Assembly (NCBI GenBank): GCA_965602445.1
Contig: CBFCZJ010000001.1
Coordinates: 1 to 45,510, forward strand
DNA length: 45,510 nt
Direction of reading: 5' to 3'
Source: an uncultured Desulfobacterales bacterium
Lineage (GTDB): Bacteria > Desulfobacterota > Desulfobacteria > Desulfobacterales > CAFBRK01
Shown here in pieces: positions 16,533-25,449 of the stretch. Positions within the stretch are counted from its first letter, which is position 1; every line of letters begins with the position of its first letter. Both the position numbers and the translations under genes were made by a program. The notes under the pieces are model-generated. The model saw only the letters and a list, made by a program, of their open reading frames with translations, was not told the origin of the DNA and did not search any database.

Positions 16533-19079
16533 TCAACCCTGGTCTTTGACCCGTTTTTTCATCATCATCTCATCGAGCTTTTTCCCGAGCTCCCGGAGAT
16601 GGGCGGCCATCTGGCCCGCCTTCTGGTAGCGCTTGGATCGGTCTTTTTCCAGGGCCTTGTTCAAGATGAACACCAGCGGCTTGACGATTTTCGGGTTGAA
16701 CTGCCGCGGGTCCGGATGGGCAACGTTCATGATCTGGTGCATGAGGGCGGCGGGATTGTCCCCCTTGAACGGGAGCTCTCCGGTGAGCATCTGGTAGAGC
16801 ATGACTCCCAGCGAGAAGATGTCCGAGCGACCGTCGACCTTTTCCCCGGAGATCTGTTCAGGAGACATGTAATAGGGGGTGCCCTTGACCACGCCGGTCT
16901 GGGTCTGGGAGGTGGCTGTGATCCGGGCGATGCCAAAATCGGTGATTTTCACTACCCCGGATGCAAGCAGCATGATGTTTGCCGGCTTGATGTCCCGGTG
17001 GACGATTCCCTTGTCGTGGGCGTAGCCCAGGGCGTCGGCGATGTCGGCAGCGTAATCGATTGCTTTTCTCATCGGCAGCAGCCCGCCGGGTTTGATGTGC
17101 TTTTCCAGGTCGCTTCCTTCCAAAAATTCCATGGCGATGTAGGCCAGGTCCTGCTCGTCTCCGGCGTCATAGATGGTGACGATATTCGGATGAGACAGGG
17201 TGCCGGCGCTCTCGGCTTCCCGGAAGAATTTCTGTTTGAGCTGTTCGGCTTCTTCGGGCTCGAAGTCGTCGGAAAAGCGGAATGTCTTGATGGCGGTGGT
17301 GCGATGGATCCGGGGATCCTGGCCCAGATAGACGGTTCCCATGGCCCCCTTGCCGAGCTGCTTGATCACTTCATACCGGCCCAAGGTCGGGCGGGTGCCG
17401 GTGGCGGTGCTCATCAGCCCGTCTCCGCCCGAGCCGCTGCCGAACATTCCGTCGCCGAAGACCATGGTCTCGCTGGCCTGAAGAAGCCGCTTTTTGCGCG
17501 TGGTGACGTCCTTGAAGCCGCTGTCTGTTTCTTCGATGAGTTCATATACGGCGGCGGCCTTGTTGAGCTGCCGTTTTCGTTCAAAATCCAGGGCGAGGTT
17601 GTAGAGAATGTTCTTCATCTCATCGTCGACGGGGCACCGGCGGAATTTGTCGAAGGCCATATCGAGCATGCCCTGGCTTTGGAACGAGAGGCCGAGCATC
17701 CGGTTGGTTTCGGCCGATTCTCCCTCCATCTTTTCTTTCCTGGTTTCCGTGACGAAGTAGCTGAGGCTGACGGCGCCGATGTAGCCCAGAATCAGCTGCA
17801 AGGTGGGGTAGGTGACCGGCACCCAAAGTCCCTGCACTGCGAAAAGATAGGCGGAACCGCCGAAGAGGAGACAAAACAGCAAAACAAAGACCAGAGCCGA
17901 ATATTTGGCCTTGATGCGGGGAAGCAGCAGCGCGATGATCGCGCCTACCGCGAGGATCAGAACCAGCTCGGCGGTCTCACTCCAGAACGGCTGGCGGATA
18001 AACTGCTGGTTGAGCATGGCCCAGACGGTGTTGGCGGAGAATTCTCCCACCGGCATGGTCGGGTCGACCGGCGTGCTCAGAGGGTTCAAGATTCCGGTCG
18101 CCGACGCCGCCACCAGGACAACCTTGTTTTTAAACAGGTTTGCCGGGACCTTGCCGTTGATGACGTCAAAATAGGAAAAGCGTTTGAACGACCCCCGGGG
18201 GCCCTTGAAGCTGACCAGCATTTCCGAATAGACGGTGGTCGGGATCTCGATGGATGCGAGTCTGATCCACGAGCCGATTTGGGATTGAATCCGGTCCGGG
18301 GACAGATTCATCACCTTGGCCGCGATGGTCAGGGTATAGGAGGGAACGTATACACCGCGGTATTGATACAGCAGCCGCTCCCGGCGGGCTGTGCCGTCCC
18401 GGTCGTATGCCAGGTTGATGTGGCCGAGGCCGTCTGCCGCTGCCGTAAACTGCTCGATCGGGGCGACGGCTTCGCTGCCTACCGGTGTGACATATCCCTG
18501 TGGATTGCGGACATTGCCGATGGCCGCTGAGCGGATCGCTTCGCCCGGATCGTCTCCTTCGCCGGCGATGGCCGACTCCTTGAAAAAAATCGGCAGCACC
18601 ACCTTTCCCGATCGTTCCATTGCCAGCGCCAGTTTTCGGTCGTTGTCGAGCCGAAGCGTTGCCTTTTGCAATGCCTGCAGAAACGTCTCTGCGGCCGGCG
18701 ATGCCATCGGCAACAGCGAAGCGCGCAAATCGGCCTCCAGATTGCGAAGCTCGCGGAGCCCGGAGCTTTCCTCCGGTTCGCTGAAGACAAAATTGAGTCC
18801 GATGACCCGGGGGTTTCCGGCGTCGATGACGTCGATGCCTTTGGCAAGCAGCGAGCGGGGCCAGGGCCACCGCCCGAGCTTTTCGATGGAATCGTCGTCG
18901 ATGTCGACCATGACGATGTCGCTGGGGGCTTCGGGCTGCGAGCGCAGTCCCATCATCAGATCGTAGCGTTTGAGTTCGAGATTTTCGAAAAAGGAAATGG
19001 GAAAAAGGACGAGCCACAAAAAGAGGAGGGTAATTCCGATGCTCAAAAAAAGCGTCGGGTGGCGTTTCAAAAAGCCCAT
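16533..19079 (-). CDS. CHASE2 sensor domain / transmembrane / Ser-Thr protein kinase
   Basis: N-terminal TM then CHASE2 signature (VMVDIDDDSIEKLGRWPWPRS...VIGLNFVFSEPE). Three to four TM helices follow. The C-terminus is a Hanks kinase (GKGAMGTVY, AIK, HRDIKPANIM, DFGIAR, GTPYYMSPE). Confidence 0.9.
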   Translation of the reverse strand: MGFLKRHPTLFLSIGITLLFLWLVLFPISFFENLELKRYDLMMGLRSQPEAPSDIVMVDIDDDSIEKLGRWPWPRSLLAKGIDVIDAGNPRVIGLNFVFSEPEESSGLRELRNLEADLRASLLPMASPAAETFLQALQKATLRLDNDRKLALAMERSGKVVLPIFFKESAIAGEGDDPGEAIRSAAIGNVRNPQGYVTPVGSEAVAPIEQFTAAADGLGHINLAYDRDGTARRERLLYQYRGVYVPSYTLTIAAKVMNLSPDRIQSQIGSWIRLASIEIPTTVYSEMLVSFKGPRGSFKRFSYFDVINGKVPANLFKNKVVLVAASATGILNPLSTPVDPTMPVGEFSANTVWAMLNQQFIRQPFWSETAELVLILAVGAIIALLLPRIKAKYSALVFVLLFCLLFGGSAYLFAVQGLWVPVTYPTLQLILGYIGAVSLSYFVTETRKEKMEGESAETNRMLGLSFQSQGMLDMAFDKFRRCPVDDEMKNILYNLALDFERKRQLNKAAAVYELIEETDSGFKDVTTRKKRLLQASETMVFGDGMFGSGSGGDGLMSTATGTRPTLGRYEVIKQLGKGAMGTVYLGQDPRIHRTTAIKTFRFSDDFEPEEAEQLKQKFFREAESAGTLSHPNIVTIYDAGDEQDLAYIAMEFLEGSDLEKHIKPGGLLPMRKAIDYAADIADALGYAHDKGIVHRDIKPANIMLLASGVVKITDFGIARITATSQTQTGVVKGTPYYMSPEQISGEKVDGRSDIFSLGVMLYQMLTGELPFKGDNPAALMHQIMNVAHPDPRQFNPKIVKPLVFILNKALEKDRSKRYQKAGQMAAHLRELGKKLDEMMMKKRVKDQG

Positions 19080-19298
19080 CCTGCGATTCCCCCTCGATTC
19101 CGGCGCAAGCGTGTTGGATAGGACGCAAGTCGGGTGGATGCTACTCTGATCGGGCTGATATTGTCAACTGATATTGGTTATTTGCATGGAGAATGCCGCT
19201 TCAGATCCGCGCCGGTCGCGAATCGAGGGTCAGATCTATGCCGGCAGCGGGTTCGACGAATACAAGACCGCGGATCTTCCGCATCCCCGATCCGACGG

Positions 19299-20006
19299 TC
19301 ATATCCCCAGATACGCTTTTCGCACCTCATCGTTGTTGAGCAGGCGGTCGGCTGAATCGGCGAGGCTGATCTTGCCGGTCTCCATGACATAGCCCCGGTG
19401 GGCGACTTTCAAGGCGAGGTTTGCGTTCTGCTCCACCAGAAAGATCGTGGTCCTGTTTTCGCTGTTGACTTTGGCGATGATTTCAAAGATCCGTTTGACC
19501 ACCAGTGGGGCCAGCCCCAGAGAAGGTTCGTCCATGAGCAGGAGACGGGGCCTTGCCATCAGCGATCGGGAGATGGCCAGCATCTGCTGTTCTCCTCCGG
19601 AGAGCGTTCCGCCGGCCTGATGCCGGCGCTCGGCGAGAATCGGAAACAGCTCGAAGATATAATCCATGTCCTTTTTGATCTCCCCCTTGTCCCTTCGAAG
19701 ATAGGCCCCCAGGTCCAGATTTTCCATGACCGAAAGATAGGGAAAGATCCGCCGTCCCTCCGGAACCTGGCAGATGCCCAGGGAGACGATTTTATCCGGC
19801 TTCATGTCGTGAATCGGCTTTCCCAGGAAAAGAATCTCCCCGGACCGGGGCGGGACGATGCCGCAGATCGACATGAGCGTGGTGGTCTTGCCCGCCCCGT
19901 TGGCGCCGATCAGGGTGATGATTTCGCCTTCTTCGACCTTCAGGTCGATCCCCTTCAGCGCCCGGATGTTGCCGTAGTAGGTATGGACGTTTTTCAGCTC
20001 AAGCAT
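19299..20006 (-). CDS. livF: Branched-chain amino acid ABC transporter ATP-binding protein LivF
   Basis: Walker A GANGAGKTT, signature LSGGEQQML, Walker B LLLMDEPS. 235 aa. Positioned last in the liv operon. Confidence 0.9.
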   Translation of the reverse strand: MLELKNVHTYYGNIRALKGIDLKVEEGEIITLIGANGAGKTTTLMSICGIVPPRSGEILFLGKPIHDMKPDKIVSLGICQVPEGRRIFPYLSVMENLDLGAYLRRDKGEIKKDMDYIFELFPILAERRHQAGGTLSGGEQQMLAISRSLMARPRLLLMDEPSLGLAPLVVKRIFEIIAKVNSENRTTIFLVEQNANLALKVAHRGYVMETGKISLADSADRLLNNDEVRKAYLGI

Positions 20007-20811
20007 CGATTTCCTCTCCGAGGTAGGCTTTGATCACCGCCGGATTGCGCTTGATTTCCTCGGGGGAACCTTCGGCGATTTTCTTTCCGTAGTCGACGAC
20101 GTAGATGCGGTCAGACAGGCTCATCACCATTTTCATGTCGTGTTCGATGAGCAGAATCGAGATCTTTTCCTGTTCCCGGAGGCGCAGGATCAGCTCGTCG
20201 AGCCTCCGGGTTTCCTGGGGGTTCATTCCGGCCGCGGGCTCGTCCAGGAGCAGGATGAAAGGATCGGTCGCCATGGCGCGGGCGATTTCCAGGCGCCGCT
20301 GGGCGCCGTAAGGCAGGTTCATGGCCAGCTCGTTGACGAACTGTTCAAGGCCGATCTTTTCGAGCATGGCATAGCTGTCGTCTACCACCTGCTTTTCTTC
20401 TTTCCGGGTGGAGCGGGGGCGGAAGACCGCCCCGGGGATGCCCGCCGACATCCGGCAGTGGCGGCCGATCATGACGTTTTCCAGCACCGTCATGCTCGGA
20501 AACAAACGGATGTTTTGAAACGTCCGGGCCAGCCCCCGTTCGGTGACGCGGTTTGGCTTCAACCCGTTGAGCCGTTGGGTCCCGCTCTGGTTGGGGGGAT
20601 GAACCAGCATCTCGCCCTCTGTGGGGGCGTGAAGACCGGTGATGCAGTTAAAGAAGGTGGTTTTTCCGGCGCCGTTGGGGCCGATCAGGGCGACGATCTC
20701 TCCCTGCCGGACGCTCAGATCGAGCTTGTCCAGGGCCCGGAGTCCGCCGAAGTCCATGGTCAGGGAGCGGACTTCCAGGACTTCTTTTCCGAAATTATGC
20801 GCTGTGGCCAT
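19999..20811 (-). CDS. livG: Branched-chain amino acid ABC transporter ATP-binding protein LivG
   Basis: GPNGAGKTT, LPYGAQRRLEIARA, LLLDEPAAG, and the LivG-type insertion. The ATG at 20811 is chosen; the longer form starts at 20853. It overlaps the livM stop. Confidence 0.9.
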   Translation of the reverse strand: MATAHNFGKEVLEVRSLTMDFGGLRALDKLDLSVRQGEIVALIGPNGAGKTTFFNCITGLHAPTEGEMLVHPPNQSGTQRLNGLKPNRVTERGLARTFQNIRLFPSMTVLENVMIGRHCRMSAGIPGAVFRPRSTRKEEKQVVDDSYAMLEKIGLEQFVNELAMNLPYGAQRRLEIARAMATDPFILLLDEPAAGMNPQETRRLDELILRLREQEKISILLIEHDMKMVMSLSDRIYVVDYGKKIAEGSPEEIKRNPAVIKAYLGEEIDA

Positions 20812-22024
20812 CGGTGGTTGCCTTGCCCTTGAAACGGTAGGTCCGGCGGACATTGGTGATGATGCCCCCGGGGCGAAAGACCATCATCAGAACCAGGATC
20901 GCGCCGAAGAGCAGCATCCGGTATTCTGAAAAGGCCCGAAGATATTCAGGAAGCAAGATGAGGACCATGGCGCCGAGGATGACCCCCACGATAGACCCCA
21001 TGCCCCCGAGCACGACGACGCACAGGATGATCACCGACTCCCATATCGTGAAGCTGGCCGGGTTGATGAAGGTGGTCTTGGCGGCAAACATCACCCCGGC
21101 CATGCCGGCCCAGGTGGCGCCCAGGGCAAAGGCCGACAGCTTGGTCCGGGTCTTGTCGATTCCCATGGCCTGACAGGCGATCTCGTCCTCCCGCAGTGCG
21201 ACCCAGGCCCGGCCGAGGCGGGAGTTTTGCAGCCGACCGACCACGAAGATCGTAAAGATCACCAGGGCGATCATGATAAAATAGATCCAGACGGTGACCT
21301 GCTGAAGAGAGAGGTCGTAGCCGAAAAAAGACGGCCGGGGGATGTTGGCGATTCCGCTGGGGCCGTGGGAAAAATCGTTCCAGTTTTCCAGCACCAGCCG
21401 GATGATCTCGCCGAAGCCGAGAGTGACGATGGCCAGATAGTCCCCCCGAAGGCGCAGCACCGGAAACCCGAGAAGCACTCCGAACATGAACCCGAGGGCG
21501 GCTCCGATGGGAAGAGCCATCCAGAAGCTGATGCCGAAATGGTAGTTGAGCAGGGCGTAGGAATAGGCCCCGACCGCGTAGAAGGCCACGTAGCCCAGGT
21601 CCAGCAGCCCCGCCAGTCCGATGACGATATTCAGGCCCAGGCCGCACATGACATAGATCAGCGCGGTAATCATGATGCTGGTCTGGTACATGGAAAAGAC
21701 AAACGGGTAGATCATGGCAAAAATCGCCACAAGAACGATCCCGGACAGGGTGACGCGGCGGTTTTGCATCAGCCGCTGGATCGGCGTCAACCGGGCGCCG
21801 TCTTTGATTTCGGCTTTTTTCTTGCCTCTTTCCTTTCTGCGGATCATAAACCGCCAGAGCATCGACAGAAAAAAGCTTCCCACCCCCACCAGGGCCATGT
21901 TCAGCCACCGCCACTCCACGGTGTTGTAGATCGTGTTGACCCGGATGACCATGATCGGAAACGTCAGGAACATGAACCAGAGGGACACCAGGGCGGATTT
22001 CTTGAGTTCTTCGGCTACCTGCAT
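20795..22024 (-). CDS. livM: Branched-chain amino acid ABC transporter permease LivM
   Basis: Polytopic membrane protein with a long LivM-type N-terminal extension and a conserved GLLDLGYVAFYAVGAY core. Confidence 0.9.
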   Translation of the reverse strand: MQVAEELKKSALVSLWFMFLTFPIMVIRVNTIYNTVEWRWLNMALVGVGSFFLSMLWRFMIRRKERGKKKAEIKDGARLTPIQRLMQNRRVTLSGIVLVAIFAMIYPFVFSMYQTSIMITALIYVMCGLGLNIVIGLAGLLDLGYVAFYAVGAYSYALLNYHFGISFWMALPIGAALGFMFGVLLGFPVLRLRGDYLAIVTLGFGEIIRLVLENWNDFSHGPSGIANIPRPSFFGYDLSLQQVTVWIYFIMIALVIFTIFVVGRLQNSRLGRAWVALREDEIACQAMGIDKTRTKLSAFALGATWAGMAGVMFAAKTTFINPASFTIWESVIILCVVVLGGMGSIVGVILGAMVLILLPEYLRAFSEYRMLLFGAILVLMMVFRPGGIITNVRRTYRFKGKATTDGHSA

Positions 22025-22025
22025 C

Positions 22026-22928
22026 TCAAACCTTTTCCGCCTCGCTTCTGCCGAGGATGCCGGCCGGTCGGAAGATCAGGATGAACACCAGAAAGACAAA
22101 CGCAAAGACATCCTCATAGTCGCTGGAGACGTAGCCGGTGAAAAACGATTCGGTCCAGCCCAGCACCAGTGCACCCAATACCGCCCCCGGAATGCTTCCG
22201 ATCCCTCCCAGAACCGCGGCGACAAAAGCTTTGATCCCGGCGATAAACCCGATGTAGAAGTTGATCTGCCCGATGTGCGAAGCGATCAGCACCCCACCGA
22301 TGGCGGCCGTGCCCGAACCGACGATAAAGGTGACCGAGATCACCCGGTCGACGTCGATGCCCACCAGGGCGGCCATGGTCTTGTCCTGGGAGGTGGCGCG
22401 CATGGCCTTTCCAATGGGGGTGAACTTGATCAGAATCGTCAGCGCCACCATGACCGAGGCGGTGACCGTGTAGATGACCAACTCCGATGAACGGATGATG
22501 TGCGCATAGGGCTCGAGAAATTCGAACTGGGGGATCAGGCTGGGAAAGGGAAGAAAATCCGATGTCTGGGCCAGCAGGACGTAGTTTTGCAGAAACATCG
22601 ACATGCCGATGGCGCTGATCAGCGCCGAAAGCCTCGGGGCTTTGCGGATCGGTTTGTAGGCGATTTTCTCGATGGTAAACCCGTAGGCCGAAGAATAGAT
22701 GACGGCAACGATCGAGGCGATGACCAGAATCGCGATCGCATTCCAGCCCATCAAGGTCAACACGCCGGCCACGATCAGCGCGGTAAAGGCGCCGATCATG
22801 TAGATTTCACCGTGGGCGAAATTGATCAACTCGATGATCCCGTAGACCATGGTGTAGCCCAGGGCGATGAGCGCGTAGATGCTTCCCCGGGTCAGCCCAC
22901 CGAGAAACAGCTCGAGAAAGTAGTCCAT
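22026..22928 (-). CDS. livH: Branched-chain amino acid ABC transporter permease LivH
   Basis: MDYFLELFLGGLTRGSIYALIALGYTMVYGIIELINFAHGE is a canonical LivH N-terminus. 300 aa. Confidence 0.92.
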   Translation of the reverse strand: MDYFLELFLGGLTRGSIYALIALGYTMVYGIIELINFAHGEIYMIGAFTALIVAGVLTLMGWNAIAILVIASIVAVIYSSAYGFTIEKIAYKPIRKAPRLSALISAIGMSMFLQNYVLLAQTSDFLPFPSLIPQFEFLEPYAHIIRSSELVIYTVTASVMVALTILIKFTPIGKAMRATSQDKTMAALVGIDVDRVISVTFIVGSGTAAIGGVLIASHIGQINFYIGFIAGIKAFVAAVLGGIGSIPGAVLGALVLGWTESFFTGYVSSDYEDVFAFVFLVFILIFRPAGILGRSEAEKV

Positions 22929-23058
22929 AAACGGTTTCCAGAACGTGCCTTCGGGTTCTTGACGCTGATGTTTTGCTTAAATACGGTCTGGTGTGAATAA
23001 ATCAGGGGGCAGGCGGATGCCGCCTGTCCCCCTGAACCGGTAAACGGGTCCTCATCGG

Positions 23059-24237
23059 CTACTTGATCTCGACATATGCCCCGTTTTGAACCTGATACAT
23101 GGCAAATCCGACGCCGATGGCATCGCCCCGCTCGTCAAAGCGGATGATCCCCAGAGGGGTCGCCACATACTCGGTGCGAAGGGCGTTGACGATGTCGTCG
23201 TAGTCGGTGGAGTTGCTCTTTTCAACGGCGTTGAGCAGCGCAAGCGCCGCTGCATAGGCGTTGAGGAAAAACGCGCCCGGATCTTCACCGTACTTTTGCC
23301 GGTGGGCCTCGGTGGCCATGACCGCCATGGGGTTGGCGGTGGTGTCCATGGGACCGGTGGCGTAGACGCCTTCGGCGTATTCGCCGGCCACCTTGATGAA
23401 GGTGTCGTCCTTGACGCCGTCATCGGAGATGAAGATGGTGTCCATGGCCTTTTTGCGCATCTGGGTGACGATCTTGGAGGCTTCCGGATGGTAGCCGCCG
23501 AAGATGACCGCCTGGGCGCCGGAGTTCTTGATTTTCTGAACCACGGCCGAGTAGTCCACGGCGCCGGGGGTGACCCCTTCATAGAGAACGACCTCGGCTT
23601 CGGGCTCGGCTTCCAGGAACGTCTTGGCAAATTCGGCCAGCCCCTTGCCGTAGTCGCCCTTGTCATGAAGCACTGCAATCTTGGAAAGCTTCAGGCGGTC
23701 CAGGGCGAAGTCCACCTCCAGACGGGCCTGGGCGTCGTCCGAGGCGATGGTGCGGAAGAAGTTCGGGTAGTCTCCGCTCTGGGTCAGGGCCGGGTTGGTC
23801 GCCGACGGTGACATCACCGGGATGTTGGAATCCTTGTAGATGCCCAAGGCGGCCTTGGTCGCACCGCTGCAGATGTGGCCCAGCACGAAATCGACCTTGT
23901 CGCCCACCAGCTTGGTGGCGGTGTTGGTGGCGACCTCCGGCTTGCAGACGTCGTCTTCCACGATCAGTTCGATCTTTCGGCCGCTGATCCCGCCCATCTC
24001 GTTTCGATGTTCAACGACCAGTTCAGCCGCCTTGACGGTGGGGATCCCGTAAGAGGCGAGGTCACCGCTGTGGGGACCGGCGACGCCCATCCGGATCGGC
24101 GCCGCTTCTTTGATGGGTGCAGCTTCCTTGGCCTGTTCGGCGGGCTTTTCGGATTCCCCGCAGGAGACAAAAACCGCCCCGGCCATCACCAACGCCGCCA
24201 TGACTGCCAGAGCCTTTGCAGATCTCGATTTCAGCAT
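23059..24237 (-). CDS. livK: Branched-chain amino acid ABC transporter substrate-binding lipoprotein (LivK/LivJ family)
   Basis: Signal peptide plus lipobox (AVFVSCG). Type I periplasmic binding fold motifs (IRMGVAGPHSGDLASYG, VLGHICSGAT). GGAGGA lies 9 nt upstream of the ATG at 24237. Confidence 0.9.
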   Translation of the reverse strand: MLKSRSAKALAVMAALVMAGAVFVSCGESEKPAEQAKEAAPIKEAAPIRMGVAGPHSGDLASYGIPTVKAAELVVEHRNEMGGISGRKIELIVEDDVCKPEVATNTATKLVGDKVDFVLGHICSGATKAALGIYKDSNIPVMSPSATNPALTQSGDYPNFFRTIASDDAQARLEVDFALDRLKLSKIAVLHDKGDYGKGLAEFAKTFLEAEPEAEVVLYEGVTPGAVDYSAVVQKIKNSGAQAVIFGGYHPEASKIVTQMRKKAMDTIFISDDGVKDDTFIKVAGEYAEGVYATGPMDTTANPMAVMATEAHRQKYGEDPGAFFLNAYAAALALLNAVEKSNSTDYDDIVNALRTEYVATPLGIIRFDERGDAIGVGFAMYQVQNGAYVEIK

Positions 24238-24442
24238 TGCCTTTTCCTCCATTTCATCACGCTTGTACGATAATAAATGAACGATTCACCAATATGAACC
24301 TACGCTATATACCCAAGGCGGAGTTTGCGCGTCAAGACAAAAAAATCTTGCTGCAGCTGGCAGATACCGATATGGAAGTGCCAGAAAATCCCGGAAAGAG
24401 GCACCTGGATCGTCAGGCGAACGGCAGAGGCAGGGATTTATC

Positions 24443-25318
24443 ATGGCGGAGTCACCCATCACCTTTCGAAACATCGGCATCGTGGTCAAGCCGGACGCCG
24501 AGGCCAGGGCCAAGGCCGACGAGCTTGAAAAATGGCTGGGGCGAAGGCAAATCCGGGCGTTTCGCATCCGAAGCCCGATGCCGAGCCAGGGGCGCTCGAG
24601 CCTGCCCGGGCCTGCGCCTCCCCAGGAGCTCGACGCAGTTTTCGTGCTGGGCGGCGACGGCACCTTTTTAAGCGCCGCCCGATGGATCGGCGACCGGAAT
24701 ATCCCGCTGCTCGGCATCAAGTTCGGCCAGGTGGGGTATCTGGCGGCGGTTGCCGCGGAAAATCTGTTTTCCGCCGCCGAGGCGGTGCTGCAAAACGCCC
24801 TGGTGACCGAAACCAGGATGCGTCTTTGCGTGGAAATGTTCCGAAACGGCGATGCGGTGCTCCGGGAAACGGTTCTCAACGACGTGGTCGTCAACAAGGG
24901 GGCGCTGGCCCGGCTGGCCCATATCCAGACGGATATCGACGGCCGGTACCTGACCACCTACAGTGCAGACGGCCTGATCATTGCCACGCCCACCGGCTCG
25001 ACGGCATATTCTCTTGCCGCCGGAGGCCCGGTGATTCACCCGGCGGTACCGGGGATCATTCTAACGCCGATCTGCCCCTTTACCCTCACCAACCGCCCCC
25101 TGATCGTGCCGGACCAGGCGGAGATCACCCTTCGGTTGGGCGAAAAATCTTCGGACATCATGCTCACCATGGACGGTCAGGAGGGCTTCGAGGTCCGAAG
25201 AAACGACGTCATCCGCGTTCGAAAGCACGCCCACCCCCTTCAGATGCTTACCCCGCCGGGACAACGATACTACGACGTGCTCAAGGCCAAGCTCCGGTGG
25301 AGCGGCGGACGGGTGTGA
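24443..25318 (+). CDS. nadK: NAD(+) kinase
   Basis: [43 protein letters not shown] are canonical NadK motifs. 291 aa. Confidence 0.92.
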   Translation: MAESPITFRNIGIVVKPDAEARAKADELEKWLGRRQIRAFRIRSPMPSQGRSSLPGPAPPQELDAVFVLGGDGTFLSAARWIGDRNIPLLGIKFGQVGYLAAVAAENLFSAAEAVLQNALVTETRMRLCVEMFRNGDAVLRETVLNDVVVNKGALARLAHIQTDIDGRYLTTYSADGLIIATPTGSTAYSLAAGGPVIHPAVPGIILTPICPFTLTNRPLIVPDQAEITLRLGEKSSDIMLTMDGQEGFEVRRNDVIRVRKHAHPLQMLTPPGQRYYDVLKAKLRWSGGRV

Positions 25319-25449
25319 TATGGAAACCAGACTGTTTCGCCCGATCCGGCCAAGCCGGCGATCCAAGGTCAATTGGGCGGGTCCCGATCTGGTTGACTTC
25401 CCGCCGCTATTACAATATAAGAAGCTGAAACGATAACACATTTGTCCCG

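Noticed and set aside
16599-18530. 643-aa ORF on the plus strand
   Set aside because: It is antisense to the CHASE2-Ser/Thr kinase gene, with no motifs and an Arg/Gly/Asp-rich composition.
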